Below, piece after piece: positions 9,016 to 18,745 of a DNA stretch of 64,000 bases. The position numbers and the translations under genes are program-made. The notes under the pieces were generated by a model. That model did no database searches and had not been told where the DNA came from. It worked only from the letters and a program-made list of their open reading frames with translations. Where the stretch lies: the NCBI GenBank assembly GCA_030699935.1, contig JAUYKS010000022.1:18970-82969 (forward strand). The letters are read 5' to 3'. Numbering within the stretch: position 1 is the stretch's first letter; each line of letters begins with the position of its first letter. Origin of the DNA: a bacterium (GTDB lineage: Bacteria; Patescibacteriota; SICC01).

Positions 9016-9544
9016 CGAGCCACTCCTTGGCTTTGTCGGACGCCTCGGTCACGATCCGGGCCAGTTCCTTGGTTTCGTCCTTGTCGAACGGCGCCAGTAC
9101 GAAATCGGTGGGGTCCATGCCTTCCGGCGGCCGGCCGATGCCGAGACGCAGGCGGGCGAAGTCGCCGCTTCCGAGTACGTCCATGACGCTGGCGATCCCC
9201 TGGTGTCCGGCGGAGCCGCCGCCAGGCTTGAGCTGCACCGTCCCGAACGGCAGGTCCAGCTCGTCGGCGATGACGAGCAGACGGTCGGTCGGGATCTTGT
9301 AGTAATCCATCACGCGGCGCACTTCCGGCCCCGACGCGTTCATGAAAGTGGTCGGCTTGATCAGGAGGACGTCGCCGCTCCTCCACTGGTCGGATGGCTC
9401 GTTGTCACCGGCTTTCCGCGCCGGCTCCGCGTCGAGCGAGCGAACCAGGGCATCCAAGACCAGCCAACCGAAGTTGTGCCGGGTGCCCTCGTATTTCTTT
9501 CCGGGATTCCCCAACCCCGCGACCAGCGTCCGCGGCGCGCTCAT
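9008..9544 (-). CDS. pth: Peptidyl-tRNA hydrolase
   Basis: 178 aa. LVAGLGNPGKKYEGTRHNFGWLVLD is the canonical Pth N-terminus. It overlaps the mfd start. Confidence 0.95.
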   Translation of the reverse strand: MSAPRTLVAGLGNPGKKYEGTRHNFGWLVLDALVRSLDAEPARKAGDNEPSDQWRSGDVLLIKPTTFMNASGPEVRRVMDYYKIPTDRLLVIADELDLPFGTVQLKPGGGSAGHQGIASVMDVLGSGDFARLRLGIGRPPEGMDPTDFVLAPFDKDETKELARIVTEASDKAKEWLDV

Positions 9545-10896
9545 GCGGCCTCCTTCTTCGGCTTGCCTTCGCTCTTCCGGAATTCCAGCTTGGGGGCGAC
9601 GCCGTACAGTTCGAACTCGTCACGGAGGACGCCGGCCAGATGGCGCCGTTGGTCCTCGCCCCACAGCGTCGGCTGGTTCACGAACACGACGAAGGTCGGC
9701 GGCAGCGTGCTTACCTGGGTGAGGTAATACAGGCGCGCTTTGCGCCGACCGCCCGCGTATTCGCCCAGCCGGGTCCGGACCAGGGTGTTCAGCTGGGCCG
9801 TCCCGACCCTGGTTTCCGCGGCTTCGTAGACGTCCTCGACCGCCCGCAAGATCCGGTCGGCTTTCTCACCGGTCAGCGCCGAAACGAATACGACCGGCGG
9901 TGACGGCAGGAACGGCAGGCGCTTCCGCAACTTCGCGAAGAACCTCTCTTGGACGTCGGGTCCCTTGTCGACCAGGTCCCATTTGTTCACCGCCAATACC
10001 AAGCCGGTCCCGGAGTCCAGGATGTGCGCCGCGATGTGGGCGTCCTGGAGCGTCGGTCCCTCCTCGGCGTCGATCAGCAGGACCGCTACCGCCGAATCGG
10101 CGATCGCCCGCAGCGTCCGCAGCAGGCTCCAGTACGGGATCCCCGAACTGCGTTTGCCGCGCTTGGCCATGCCGGCCGTGTCGATCAACCGCCAGGTCCG
10201 CTGCGGCGTCTTGAGCAAACGCTCCGTGGTATCACGGGTCGTATGCGGTACCTCGCTGGTCAGGGCGGTCCGGCCGTCGCTCAGCCGGTTGACCAGCGTG
10301 GACTTGCCGGCGTTCGGCCGCCCGACGATCGTGAAGGCGGGCGGGCGCCCTTCGCCCGACGCCTTGACCTTGCCGATCTGCGAAGTGATTTCGTCCATCA
10401 GGTCGCCGGTCCCCTTTCCGTGCAATGCCGAGATCGCGATCGACTCGAAGCCGAGGCGGTGGAACTCGTCGGCCGGCTCCGCTCCACCCGGCCCCGTGCC
10501 GTCGTCAACCTTGTTCACCACGAGCAATACCGGACGGGAACGTTTCCGCACCAACGCCGCGGCTTCCCGATCCTCGCCGGTCAGGCCGTCCCGGGCGGAC
10601 ACGACCAGCAGTACCAGGTCGCTTTCCTCGATCGCGTTGACCACCTGCTCTTTGACCGCCTTGCCGAGGTGTCCGTCCTCGCTATCCTTGCCGCCGTCGC
10701 CCGCGGTCAGCCCTCCCGTATCGATCACGGTGAACGCCTGGCCCTGCCACTCCGCTTCGCCGTAGATGCGATCACGGGTAGTGCCGGGCAGGTCGGCAGT
10801 GATCGCCCGGCGTTGGCCGACCAATCGGTTATACAGCGTCGACTTACCGACGTTCGGTCGGCCGACGATAGCTACGATGGGTTGTGATTTAGACAT
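9541..10896 (-). CDS. der: Ribosome-associated GTPase Der/EngA
   Basis: 451 aa with two G-domains (GRPNVGKSTL twice, DTGG/DTAG) and a C-terminal KH-like domain. Confidence 0.95.
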   Translation of the reverse strand: MSKSQPIVAIVGRPNVGKSTLYNRLVGQRRAITADLPGTTRDRIYGEAEWQGQAFTVIDTGGLTAGDGGKDSEDGHLGKAVKEQVVNAIEESDLVLLVVSARDGLTGEDREAAALVRKRSRPVLLVVNKVDDGTGPGGAEPADEFHRLGFESIAISALHGKGTGDLMDEITSQIGKVKASGEGRPPAFTIVGRPNAGKSTLVNRLSDGRTALTSEVPHTTRDTTERLLKTPQRTWRLIDTAGMAKRGKRSSGIPYWSLLRTLRAIADSAVAVLLIDAEEGPTLQDAHIAAHILDSGTGLVLAVNKWDLVDKGPDVQERFFAKLRKRLPFLPSPPVVFVSALTGEKADRILRAVEDVYEAAETRVGTAQLNTLVRTRLGEYAGGRRKARLYYLTQVSTLPPTFVVFVNQPTLWGEDQRRHLAGVLRDEFELYGVAPKLEFRKSEGKPKKEAA

Positions 10897-11038
10897 CGAA
10901 ATACGGACAGGACAGACACATGCCGAGCGAAGCCATGAGCGGCCCGCGAGTATGCACGGTCTGACGCGTCGGGCGGCCTTCCATGCCGTCTGACAGCGTC
11001 ATTTTACGGCCGGATAGTCCCGTAGGCAAGCCGGTTTT

Positions 11039-11968
11039 CTACCAGCGAAAGGACCGCAGGGACCAGTCCAGCATCGCCTTGTTCTCCTGGAACCGGTCCG
11101 GAGAATTCAGCACCACCGCGACCAGGCGGCGCTTGCCGTCATCCAACACGCTGACCAGGGACGGCCCGGCGGCATCGGAAGTTCCCGTTTTCAGGCCGGC
11201 GATCGGCAGGTAGGAGTCCAACAAGAGGTCCGTCGTGAACAAGCGGTACTCGGTCCGTTCCGGGTCCGGATTCTCGGGAGTCGGCTTACGCTTATTGAGG
11301 GCCTTCACCGTGCGCTCCGGATCCTTCGCCAGATTGCGGATCTCGCGTTTCTCCAGGGCGGCGCGGGTCAGGACCACCAGGTCACGGGCCGAACTGACGT
11401 TCTCGCCCTTCCCGTAGCCACTCGCGTTATCGAAGTGGGTATCGCCCATGCCGAGCTCTTCCGCCCGGCGGTTCATCAAGTCCACGAATTTCTTCTCGGA
11501 CCCCGATACCGCGATTGCCAGCGTCTCCGCCGCGTCGTTGCCGGAGACGATCAGCGTCCCGGCTAACAGGTCGACCGCATACACCCGGTCGTCTTCCTCG
11601 AGTCCCATCAGGGATTCCTCAGGGCCGTTGTTTAACTTCGGTACGACGATCTCCCGGTCGGACGGCAGTTCTTCGACCGCCAGCAGTGCCGTCATCAGCT
11701 TGGTGATACTGGCGATCGGACGCTTCGTGGAAGCGTCCTTCTCGAACAGTTCGGCCCCGCTGGCCAGGTCGGTGACCAAGGCGCTCTTGGCCCCGACGAC
11801 CGGCGCCACGGCGGACGACCGCTTCTCAGGGAAAGGATAGACGGGAGGCGCTTCGATGCCCGCGTGTACCGCGTCGACACTCGGGGCGCTCTCGGGAACT
11901 ACTCCCGGCACCACGCTGCCGGCCAGGACCAGGATCGCCAGGACCGCCTGGGTCAGCCAGTCCATCAC
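11039..11968 (-). CDS. D-alanyl-D-alanine carboxypeptidase (S11 family)
   Basis: 309 aa. It has an N-terminal signal/anchor and the S11 motifs SITKLMT (SxxK), SGND (SxN) and KTGT (KTG). Confidence 0.85.
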   Translation of the reverse strand: MMDWLTQAVLAILVLAGSVVPGVVPESAPSVDAVHAGIEAPPVYPFPEKRSSAVAPVVGAKSALVTDLASGAELFEKDASTKRPIASITKLMTALLAVEELPSDREIVVPKLNNGPEESLMGLEEDDRVYAVDLLAGTLIVSGNDAAETLAIAVSGSEKKFVDLMNRRAEELGMGDTHFDNASGYGKGENVSSARDLVVLTRAALEKREIRNLAKDPERTVKALNKRKPTPENPDPERTEYRLFTTDLLLDSYLPIAGLKTGTSDAAGPSLVSVLDDGKRRLVAVVLNSPDRFQENKAMLDWSLRSFRW

Positions 11969-12573
11969 TCCTCCGTCTTGGTCGCGGTCGTCTGGGTCGC
12001 AGCGGCCGGACGGGTCGCGGCGGCCAGACGTTCCTCGAGCTCTTCGGGCACGGCGGGCAGCTCGTCCTTGCCGCCGACCCCGAGGTGCTTGAGCAATTCG
12101 ATCGTGGTGTCGTAGAGGATCGGACGGCCGGGTTCCTGTTTGCGTCCGACTTCCCCGATCAGGCCGCGGATCGCCAGGGTCCGCAGCGGCGCGGTCGATT
12201 GGACGCCGCGGATGGATTCCACTTCGGGACGCGTCACCGGTCCGCGATAGGCGATGATCGCCAGCGTCTCGAGCGCGCCCTTGGACAACCGGCCGCGGAG
12301 CTCCTGCTTGAGGAATCGCCCGACGACTGCTTCCGTCTCGGGAGCCGTTACCAACTGGGCCTCCTGCTCGCCGATCACCAGGCGGATACCGCGGTCGACG
12401 TAAGACGCTTGAATCTCCGCCAGGAGTTTTTTGACTTCCGGTCGCGGCAACTCCACCAGTGACCCGAGATCACTGAGCCGGACCGGTTCGCCGGCGGCGA
12501 AGAGAATGCTCTCGAGTGCTAATCGAGGGTCCACGTCGGGCCGGTTCGATTCGGACTCGTTCACGCCGGACAT
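11965..12573 (-). CDS. scpB: Segregation and condensation protein B
   Basis: The winged-helix ScpB core reads LESILFAAGEPVRLSDL...LAIIAYRGPVTRPEVESIRGV. The likely true start is MSGVNESE (ATG at 12573), which overlaps the scpA 3' end by 13 nt. The longer listed ORF (to 12738) overlaps scpA and is probably an over-extension. Confidence 0.85.
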   Translation of the reverse strand: MSGVNESESNRPDVDPRLALESILFAAGEPVRLSDLGSLVELPRPEVKKLLAEIQASYVDRGIRLVIGEQEAQLVTAPETEAVVGRFLKQELRGRLSKGALETLAIIAYRGPVTRPEVESIRGVQSTAPLRTLAIRGLIGEVGRKQEPGRPILYDTTIELLKHLGVGGKDELPAVPEELEERLAAATRPAAATQTTATKTEE

Positions 12574-13241
12574 AAGGTCAACTCCTTTTCCTGTTTGACG
12601 GTCAACGCGCTCTGCTTGATCAGCTCTAGGATCGCCAGGAAAGTCACGATCATCCGGACGCGGCTGCGTACGTCGGTGAACAGCGACGCGAAGCCGACCG
12701 GTCCTTCCGTCAGCTGGCGGCGGACTTCGCCGATACACTCATCGATGGTGATCTTGTCCTCGAGCGTCTCTTCCGGCAGTTGCTGCGGCTTCGGCAGTTC
12801 CGCCAAGGTGGCTTGGAAGGCGTCGGTCAACGCAGCCAAGGTGACACCGTCGGCGACCATCTCCTGCGGCGGCTCGATCGGGAACGAGGGACCCCCGACG
12901 CTGGTTCCCCGCTCGTCCATATGCTCGCGGAGCCCCGCCGCCAGCTCCTTGTAGAGCTTATACTCGGCCAATCGGGCGGCCAGGTCGTCCGGCTCTTCTT
13001 CCGCTTCCGCCTCGCCCGGCAACAGTGCCCGCGACTTCAGCACTACTAGCCGGGCCGCAATCACGAGGTAATCGGAAATCTCCGTCAGGTTCTCCCGGGT
13101 CAGCTCCCGTACCCGCGCCAGGTATTGGTCGGTCACTTCCGCCAGCGAGATCGTGGTGATCTCAAGTTCGTGCTCCTCGATCAGCTGGAGCAGAAGGTCC
13201 AGCGGCCCTTCGAATTCCTGTTGTTTGATAGTGAAGCTCAT
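12561..13241 (-). CDS. scpA: Segregation and condensation protein A
   Basis: 226 aa. The N-terminus FEGPLDLLLQLIEEHELEITTISLAEVTDQYL is typical ScpA. Confidence 0.9.
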   Translation of the reverse strand: MSFTIKQQEFEGPLDLLLQLIEEHELEITTISLAEVTDQYLARVRELTRENLTEISDYLVIAARLVVLKSRALLPGEAEAEEEPDDLAARLAEYKLYKELAAGLREHMDERGTSVGGPSFPIEPPQEMVADGVTLAALTDAFQATLAELPKPQQLPEETLEDKITIDECIGEVRRQLTEGPVGFASLFTDVRSRVRMIVTFLAILELIKQSALTVKQEKELTLCPA

Positions 13242-13251
13242 GGTGTGATTC

Positions 13252-14586
13252 CTATGGCGTGATCCGGCTGACGGAACGATGCAGGAAAGTAACCTCCCTG
13301 ATGTTGGCGACGTCGAACAGCTTCATCAGGATGCGGCCGGCACCCATGCCCATGCCGCCGTGCGGCGGACAGCCGTACCGGAAGAAGTTCAGGTAGAAGT
13401 CGAGGTGCTTCAGGTCGACCCCGGATTCCTTGGCCTGCTTTTCCAGGACGTCCACCCGGTGTTCACGTTGCGCCCCGGTGACGATCTCGACCCCGTTCCA
13501 GAGCAGGTCGTATCCCTTGGTCAGTTTCGGGTCGTCATCGTGACGCATGTGATAGAACGCGCGGCGCTCGACCGGATAGTCGATCACGAAGACGAACTCG
13601 TGTCCCGTCTCCTGCTTGATGATTTCCGACAGCTTGCGTTCCTCCTCCGGAGTAAGGTCGCCGGGGTGGTCGCTCTTCACCTTGGCGGCGGCCAGTTTTT
13701 GCTTCGCCTCGGCCATCGTGACCTTCGGGAACGGCAGCTTCGGCACCGCCAGCTTGCGTCCGAATTCCCGTTCGATCTCTTTGTCGTACTTCTTGACGAC
13801 GCCCTCGAGCATCGCTACGACCATCCGCTCGTTCTCCGCCATCACGTCGTGATGCGATTCGATGAACGAAAGCTCCGCGTCGAACCCGGTGAACTCGGTG
13901 GCGTGCCGGCTGGTGAATGACGGTTCGGCGCGAAAGACCGGCCCGACTTCAAATACGCGCTCGAATCCGGCGGCCATCGCCATCTGCTTGTAGAACTGCG
14001 GCGATTGCGCCAGGAAGGCCTCGCCATCGAAGTACTCTATCTTGAAGACTTCCGACCCGGACTCGCTGGCCGTGCTGATGATCTTCGGCGAATGGATCTC
14101 GAGGTAGCCGTTCGTGGTCCAGTATTCGCGCAGCGATTCCTCTAGCTCGGTCGCGGCCTTGAAGACCAGCTGATTGTGCGGTTTGCGCAGGTCCAGCCAG
14201 CGCCAGTCCAGGCGCTTCTCCTGGCTGGTCTCCCCCGCTTTCTCGTGTACCGGGATCGCCAGTTCGGGATGCGATGCGGAAAGCACCTCATACGATTGCA
14301 CCTCGATCTCGACCCCGTCCGGCGCCTGTTTGGCCTCCTTCACCAAGCCGGTCACCGAGACGACGGACTCGGGCGTAAGTTCGTTCAGCTTTTCTACCAA
14401 CGCCTTGTCGAAGGCGACGGCCTGCATCGTCCCCGAGATATCGCGCAAGACCAGGAAGACGATCTTGCCCTGGTGGCGGATTACCGCCGCCCAGGCGTCC
14501 AACTGGACGGTCTTGCCGACCTGCCCTTTGGCATCGGCGACCATCGTCCGTGGCAACGGTTTTTGTGTTTTCTCAGCCGAATTCAT
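13252..14586 (-). CDS. aspS: Aspartyl-tRNA synthetase, archaeal/eukaryotic type (class IIb), likely non-discriminating
   Basis: 444 aa with an N-terminal OB fold. Motif 2 is FRAEPSFTSRHATEFTGFDAE. Motif 3 is GCPPHGGMGMGAGRILM...HRSVSRITP. Both match AspRS type 2 rather than AsnRS. Confidence 0.8.
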   Translation of the reverse strand: MNSAEKTQKPLPRTMVADAKGQVGKTVQLDAWAAVIRHQGKIVFLVLRDISGTMQAVAFDKALVEKLNELTPESVVSVTGLVKEAKQAPDGVEIEVQSYEVLSASHPELAIPVHEKAGETSQEKRLDWRWLDLRKPHNQLVFKAATELEESLREYWTTNGYLEIHSPKIISTASESGSEVFKIEYFDGEAFLAQSPQFYKQMAMAAGFERVFEVGPVFRAEPSFTSRHATEFTGFDAELSFIESHHDVMAENERMVVAMLEGVVKKYDKEIEREFGRKLAVPKLPFPKVTMAEAKQKLAAAKVKSDHPGDLTPEEERKLSEIIKQETGHEFVFVIDYPVERRAFYHMRHDDDPKLTKGYDLLWNGVEIVTGAQREHRVDVLEKQAKESGVDLKHLDFYLNFFRYGCPPHGGMGMGAGRILMKLFDVANIREVTFLHRSVSRITP

Positions 14587-14601
14587 TGCTTATATGATAC
14601 C

Positions 14602-15972
14602 TCAGGCGACTAGGCTCTGGGCAGCTTCCAGGCGTGAGACTGCCTCCGCCTGGCCGAGCACCTCGAACACGTCCCAGAGCGGCGGCGTGCGGTCGGCGTC
14701 GGTGACTGCGATCCGCAGCGGCGGGAACAGCTGCTTCGGCTCCAGGTCGAGTTCGTTCCGCAGGTCGGTCAGGAGTTTCTCGATCCGTTCCGCGTTCCAT
14801 TCGTTTTCCGGCAGTTTGATGAGGTCGCGCAGGGTTCGCTCCAGCCAGACGCCGACGGTCTCCGGATTCTCCTTACCGACCAGGCGCTTCGAAGTGACCT
14901 TCGGGGCCTTGTAGAAGTAGCCTTTCCGGATGTCGGCCAACTCGGCCAAGGTCCGGATACGCTCGGTCGCCAGGGCCAGAACCTTCTCGTCGTAGGCCCG
15001 GTCGCCATCCATTTTTTTCGCGGCCTTCTTCCAAAATCCTCCGGCGATCGCCCGGTCCAGCAGCTCGCCGACGTCCAGCGCCTTGATGTGCTCGCCGTTC
15101 AACCAGGCCAGCTTCTCCGGGTCGAACACACCCGGCGACCGCTGGATCCGGTCCAGACCGAACGCCTCAGCCAGTTCATCCAGCGAGCCGAAGAACTCGC
15201 GATCGTCACCTGGGTTCCAACCGATCAGCGCGACGAAGTTCGTGAGCGCCTCGGGAAGGTAGCCCGCCTCCCGATATTCCAGCACATCCTGCGCGCCGTG
15301 CCGCTTCGACAACTTCGTCTTATCCGACCCGAGGATAGGCGGCATGTGGTAGAACCGCGGCATCGCGTCCGCCTTGCCGAGCGCCTGGTACAGCGCGTAG
15401 TACTTGTGCAGGCTCGAGGTGAACTCGTCGCCGCGGATGACGTCCGTCACGCCAGTCTCCAGGTCATCGATTATGTGCGCGAAGTTGTATGTTGGATAAC
15501 CGTCCGACTTGATCAATACGAAATCCTCGAACGCCGATGCGACGGTTTGCGGGTCGACAGTGATCGTTGACCGGCCACTGAACGGCTCGACCGTCACCGG
15601 CTGCTTCGGTTCCGGCCATTTGAAGCGGATCACCTTCCCGGCCTCCTCGTCCGATTCCCGGGCGAAGCCCTTTTCGACGAGATAATCCGCGTACTCCTTG
15701 TAGGTATCCAGCCGCTCCGACTGATGCAGGACCTCGCCGCTCCATTCGAGCCCGAGCCACTGCAGCGACTCCTTGATCTGCGCCTCCGCATCTTCGACCA
15801 GCCGTTTACGGTCCGTATCTTCTATCCGCAGATGGAACTCACCGCCGCTTTTCTGCGCGCAAAGCCAGGCGAACAGCGCCGTGCGGACTCCGCCGACGTG
15901 AAGGTACCCCGTCGGCGACGGCGCGAAACGGGTGATGACTTTTTCCGTCATGCACCCAGTATACGGACTCAA
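14602..15972 (-). CDS. gltX: Glutamyl-tRNA synthetase
   Basis: The HIGH motif reads FAPSPTGYLHVGGVRTALF and the KMSKS motif reads KLSKRHG. The true start may be the internal MTEKVI (ATG about 15951). Confidence 0.92.
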   Translation of the reverse strand: MSPYTGCMTEKVITRFAPSPTGYLHVGGVRTALFAWLCAQKSGGEFHLRIEDTDRKRLVEDAEAQIKESLQWLGLEWSGEVLHQSERLDTYKEYADYLVEKGFARESDEEAGKVIRFKWPEPKQPVTVEPFSGRSTITVDPQTVASAFEDFVLIKSDGYPTYNFAHIIDDLETGVTDVIRGDEFTSSLHKYYALYQALGKADAMPRFYHMPPILGSDKTKLSKRHGAQDVLEYREAGYLPEALTNFVALIGWNPGDDREFFGSLDELAEAFGLDRIQRSPGVFDPEKLAWLNGEHIKALDVGELLDRAIAGGFWKKAAKKMDGDRAYDEKVLALATERIRTLAELADIRKGYFYKAPKVTSKRLVGKENPETVGVWLERTLRDLIKLPENEWNAERIEKLLTDLRNELDLEPKQLFPPLRIAVTDADRTPPLWDVFEVLGQAEAVSRLEAAQSLVA

Positions 15973-16499
15973 GCGGCCGGGGTGTCGTCTTCCCGGACTG
16001 CTTCGAGCGCCTTGGCGAACAGGCCGGGCGCGTCTATCGGACCATGCCGACGGCTGTCATAGATCTCGATACCCCTTTTTTGCCTGTTGAACCTGACCGG
16101 CTCGCCAGTGACCGGATGGACAGGCATGTGCTTTTCCAATTCCTCTGTGATCCGTTCGGCGAGTTCGGGAGTATCAACGTCCGGCAGGAGTAATGCGAAC
16201 TCATCTGCCCCACCACCAAGCCGGTACGCTTCGTTGCCCGGCCGCATGCCTTCGATCATTCCGGCTCCGGCTTCCTTGAGAACTTGATTGCCTCGCTCCT
16301 GACCGAATTTCTGGTTGATGGATTTAAAACCCTCCAGGTCCAGTACGACGATAGCGAACTGTTTCCCCTTGGCCTCACCCACTTTGTCCGGAGAAAGCTC
16401 GTCCGTCTCAAGTAGGTATGCTCGTTCACATTCACGGGCAAGCTTGCTGATTTCTCCGCGCTTGCCGCCGGACCCCAACAACGCCACTTCGTTCTTCAA
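15969..16499 (-). CDS. Stand-alone GGDEF-domain protein (diguanylate-cyclase-like) with a variant active-site motif
   Basis: 176 aa and the GGDEF domain only. VLDLEGFKSINQKFGQERGNQVL corresponds to the conserved D-x-FK-x-IND-x-GH region. The motif reads RLGGGADEF, which has an inserted residue relative to canonical GG[DE]EF. There is no sensor domain. Confidence 0.7.
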   Translation of the reverse strand: MKNEVALLGSGGKRGEISKLARECERAYLLETDELSPDKVGEAKGKQFAIVVLDLEGFKSINQKFGQERGNQVLKEAGAGMIEGMRPGNEAYRLGGGADEFALLLPDVDTPELAERITEELEKHMPVHPVTGEPVRFNRQKRGIEIYDSRRHGPIDAPGLFAKALEAVREDDTPAA

Positions 16500-16726
16500 A
16501 CCGGTTCTCCCATCGACCGCGGAACGGCGTATCAGTTCTTCGAAGGTCGCGGCACCGCGTTCCGGTGCGATCTAGCCGGACTGTACTTTTTCCATAAACG
16601 CCAGGGCGTATTCAGGGTTCTCTTGGCAATAGTCGGCCTCCTCTTCGACGGAGCCGAACTGGGATGCCTCCAGGCCCTGTTCAGTGGGTTCGCTAGCCAT
16701 AATTAGTGGCTAAGTATAGCCTAAAA

Positions 16727-17590
16727 TCAGCGTTTTGTCGAGCCCTGTTTAGCCCGGACCACCGCCCACACGAATGCCGGCAACGCCGACATGATCCGGC
16801 GCCAGCGCGACGGCTGCGTGAAAAGGCGCCAGAGCCACTCGAGACCGTGCCCGCGCACCGCCCGTGGCGGCGGTTTGGCGACTTCCCCGCCGCCGGTTAG
16901 TGAACGCCCCCCACCGAGATAGTCGAGAGTGCCGCCGACGCCGACCGCGATCAGTGGCTTCGGCAACTTCGGCAGATTGCGGCGAATCCATTCCTCCTGG
17001 ACCGGCGCGCCGTAGGCCACCAGTAGGATCTGAGACTTGGACTGCTTGATGCGGCGCCTGACCGCCGCTTCCTGATCCGCCGTCGGGTCGGCCCCGTCCG
17101 CGGTCACTTTCAGTTCGGGAAACCTCTGCCGCAGCTCCGCCGCAGCCGCTTCCGCCACGCCGCGGGCCCCGCCGAGCAGGTACAGTCCGTGGCCGAACTC
17201 CTCGCACATCCCGGCAAGATCGACCGTCAACTCCGATCCCGGCACGGTATCCGGGAGCGTCTTTTTGACCGTGCGCGGCATCAGGAACGCTCCGAATCCG
17301 GTGCGCAACGCGCGCAGATAAAGCCGTGGTGTTTTCAACGGTCCGCGCAGCGGCCGGCTCAGAAAACTGGCGCCCCAGACCACGCCGATCGCATCCGCCA
17401 GTCGCCAGTCCGCCTGATTGATCAGGCGGCGGTGTTCCGGATGCCGGCGCGAGCGCATGATCATTTCCGTCGTCACCGTCACGATTTGCTGACGTTTACC
17501 CGCTTCGATCGCCTGCCGCAGCGCGACCAAAAGCTCTGGCGCGGTCACCGCATCGACTTCCACGCCGAGAACCGAAACCGAATCCTTCAT
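16727..17590 (-). CDS. WecB/TagA/CpsF-family glycosyltransferase (N-acetylmannosaminyltransferase-like)
   Basis: 287 aa. It begins VSVLGVEVDAVTAPELL...QQIVTVTTEM and continues ...LLVAYGAPVQEEW...VGVGGTLDYL, which is typical of the TagA/WecG family. Confidence 0.85.
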   Translation of the reverse strand: MKDSVSVLGVEVDAVTAPELLVALRQAIEAGKRQQIVTVTTEMIMRSRRHPEHRRLINQADWRLADAIGVVWGASFLSRPLRGPLKTPRLYLRALRTGFGAFLMPRTVKKTLPDTVPGSELTVDLAGMCEEFGHGLYLLGGARGVAEAAAAELRQRFPELKVTADGADPTADQEAAVRRRIKQSKSQILLVAYGAPVQEEWIRRNLPKLPKPLIAVGVGGTLDYLGGGRSLTGGGEVAKPPPRAVRGHGLEWLWRLFTQPSRWRRIMSALPAFVWAVVRAKQGSTKR

Positions 17591-17600
17591 GCGATCACCT

Positions 17601-18701
17601 TCATGCTGACAATATCTCCAGGACCGCCCGGGCCGTCTTCGCCCAACCGAACTGTTTGACCCGCTCCCGTCCGGCCGCGGTCAGCCGGTCCGTCAACTTC
17701 CGGTCGGCCAAGATCCGCTCCATGCCGTGGTGGATGGCCGTAACGCTTTCCGGATCGACCAGCAGCGCCGCCCCGCCGGCCACCTCCTTGGTGGCGGCGC
17801 GGTTCGCGGTCACGACCGGAGTTTCCGCCGCGAAGGCTTCAAGAACCGGAATCCCGAACCCTTCGTGCAGCGACGGAAAGACCAGCGCCCGGGCGCCCCG
17901 CAGCAGCGCCGACCGCTCGGCGTCGTCGACGTATCCGGTGTGGACCACGTATTCCGGCGACGGGCGCTTGCCGATCATCCGGCGGATGTCCTCGTAGCCG
18001 GCGCCGGGATTGCCGACCAGTACCAGCTGGCCGCCGAAAAGTCCTGAGTCCCGCAATCGGTAAAACGCTTCGACCACCCGGCTGACGTTCTTCCGCGTCT
18101 CGAGCCGGCCGGTGTAAATCAGGTACGGGTCGTCGATCCGGTACTTCCGCATCACGGCCATCACGCTTTTGGGCGTCAGGCCGGAGAACGGCTTCGGGTC
18201 GAACCCGTTCGGGATGACCTGCATCTTGTTGGCCGGGATGCCGTAGTCCCGGCCGACTTCGAGCGCGACCGCGCGGCTCGGCGTTATCACCGTGCTGGCC
18301 CAGCGGATCGAGAGCTTCGTCCCCAGCAGCAGGCTGAGGTAATGATAGGACGTGTAGTTTTGGCGGAATCGCTTGAACCCGACGTCGTGCACGGTGACGA
18401 CAGTCCGTTTCGGATGGACCGGCGGTACCGTGTGCGACGGCACGAACAAGGCGTCGACCGGATGCTTGCGCAGCTCCCGGCTCAGCGCCCAGTATGTCCA
18501 GAACCGCTTGCCCGGCACGACGACCGACTCGAAGTTCCCCGGCAGTTTCTGCAAGTCCTCGACCAACGGCTCACGGGTATAGAGCCGGTACTCGTTCTTC
18601 CGGTCGATCCGGGCCAGCTCGCGGATGATGTTGTACCCGTATGTCTCGACGCCGGTCCGTTCCGTGATATTGGCGCGCGAGGCGTCTATTCCGATGACCA
18701 T
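17601..18701 (-). CDS. GT4 (group 1) glycosyltransferase
   Basis: 366 aa. The C-terminal E-x7-E region reads ALVFPSLHEGFGIPVLEAFAAETPVV. Confidence 0.9.
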   Translation of the reverse strand: MVIGIDASRANITERTGVETYGYNIIRELARIDRKNEYRLYTREPLVEDLQKLPGNFESVVVPGKRFWTYWALSRELRKHPVDALFVPSHTVPPVHPKRTVVTVHDVGFKRFRQNYTSYHYLSLLLGTKLSIRWASTVITPSRAVALEVGRDYGIPANKMQVIPNGFDPKPFSGLTPKSVMAVMRKYRIDDPYLIYTGRLETRKNVSRVVEAFYRLRDSGLFGGQLVLVGNPGAGYEDIRRMIGKRPSPEYVVHTGYVDDAERSALLRGARALVFPSLHEGFGIPVLEAFAAETPVVTANRAATKEVAGGAALLVDPESVTAIHHGMERILADRKLTDRLTAAGRERVKQFGWAKTARAVLEILSA

Positions 18702-18745
18702 ACTGATAGCCTAGCTGCCTTATGCATTCGGCGCACGGCGGCCGT

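Noticed and set aside
12573-12738. N-terminal 55-aa extension of scpB overlapping scpA
   Set aside because: Arg/Pro-rich low complexity in a frame that overlaps the scpA coding sequence. The internal ATG gives a canonical ScpB N-terminus.
16568-16699. 42-aa acidic ORF (MASEPTEQGLEASQFGSVEEEADYCQENPEYALAFMEKVQSG) upstream of the GGDEF gene
   Set aside because: Too short and featureless to call with confidence. It may be a real leader peptide but it is unsupported.
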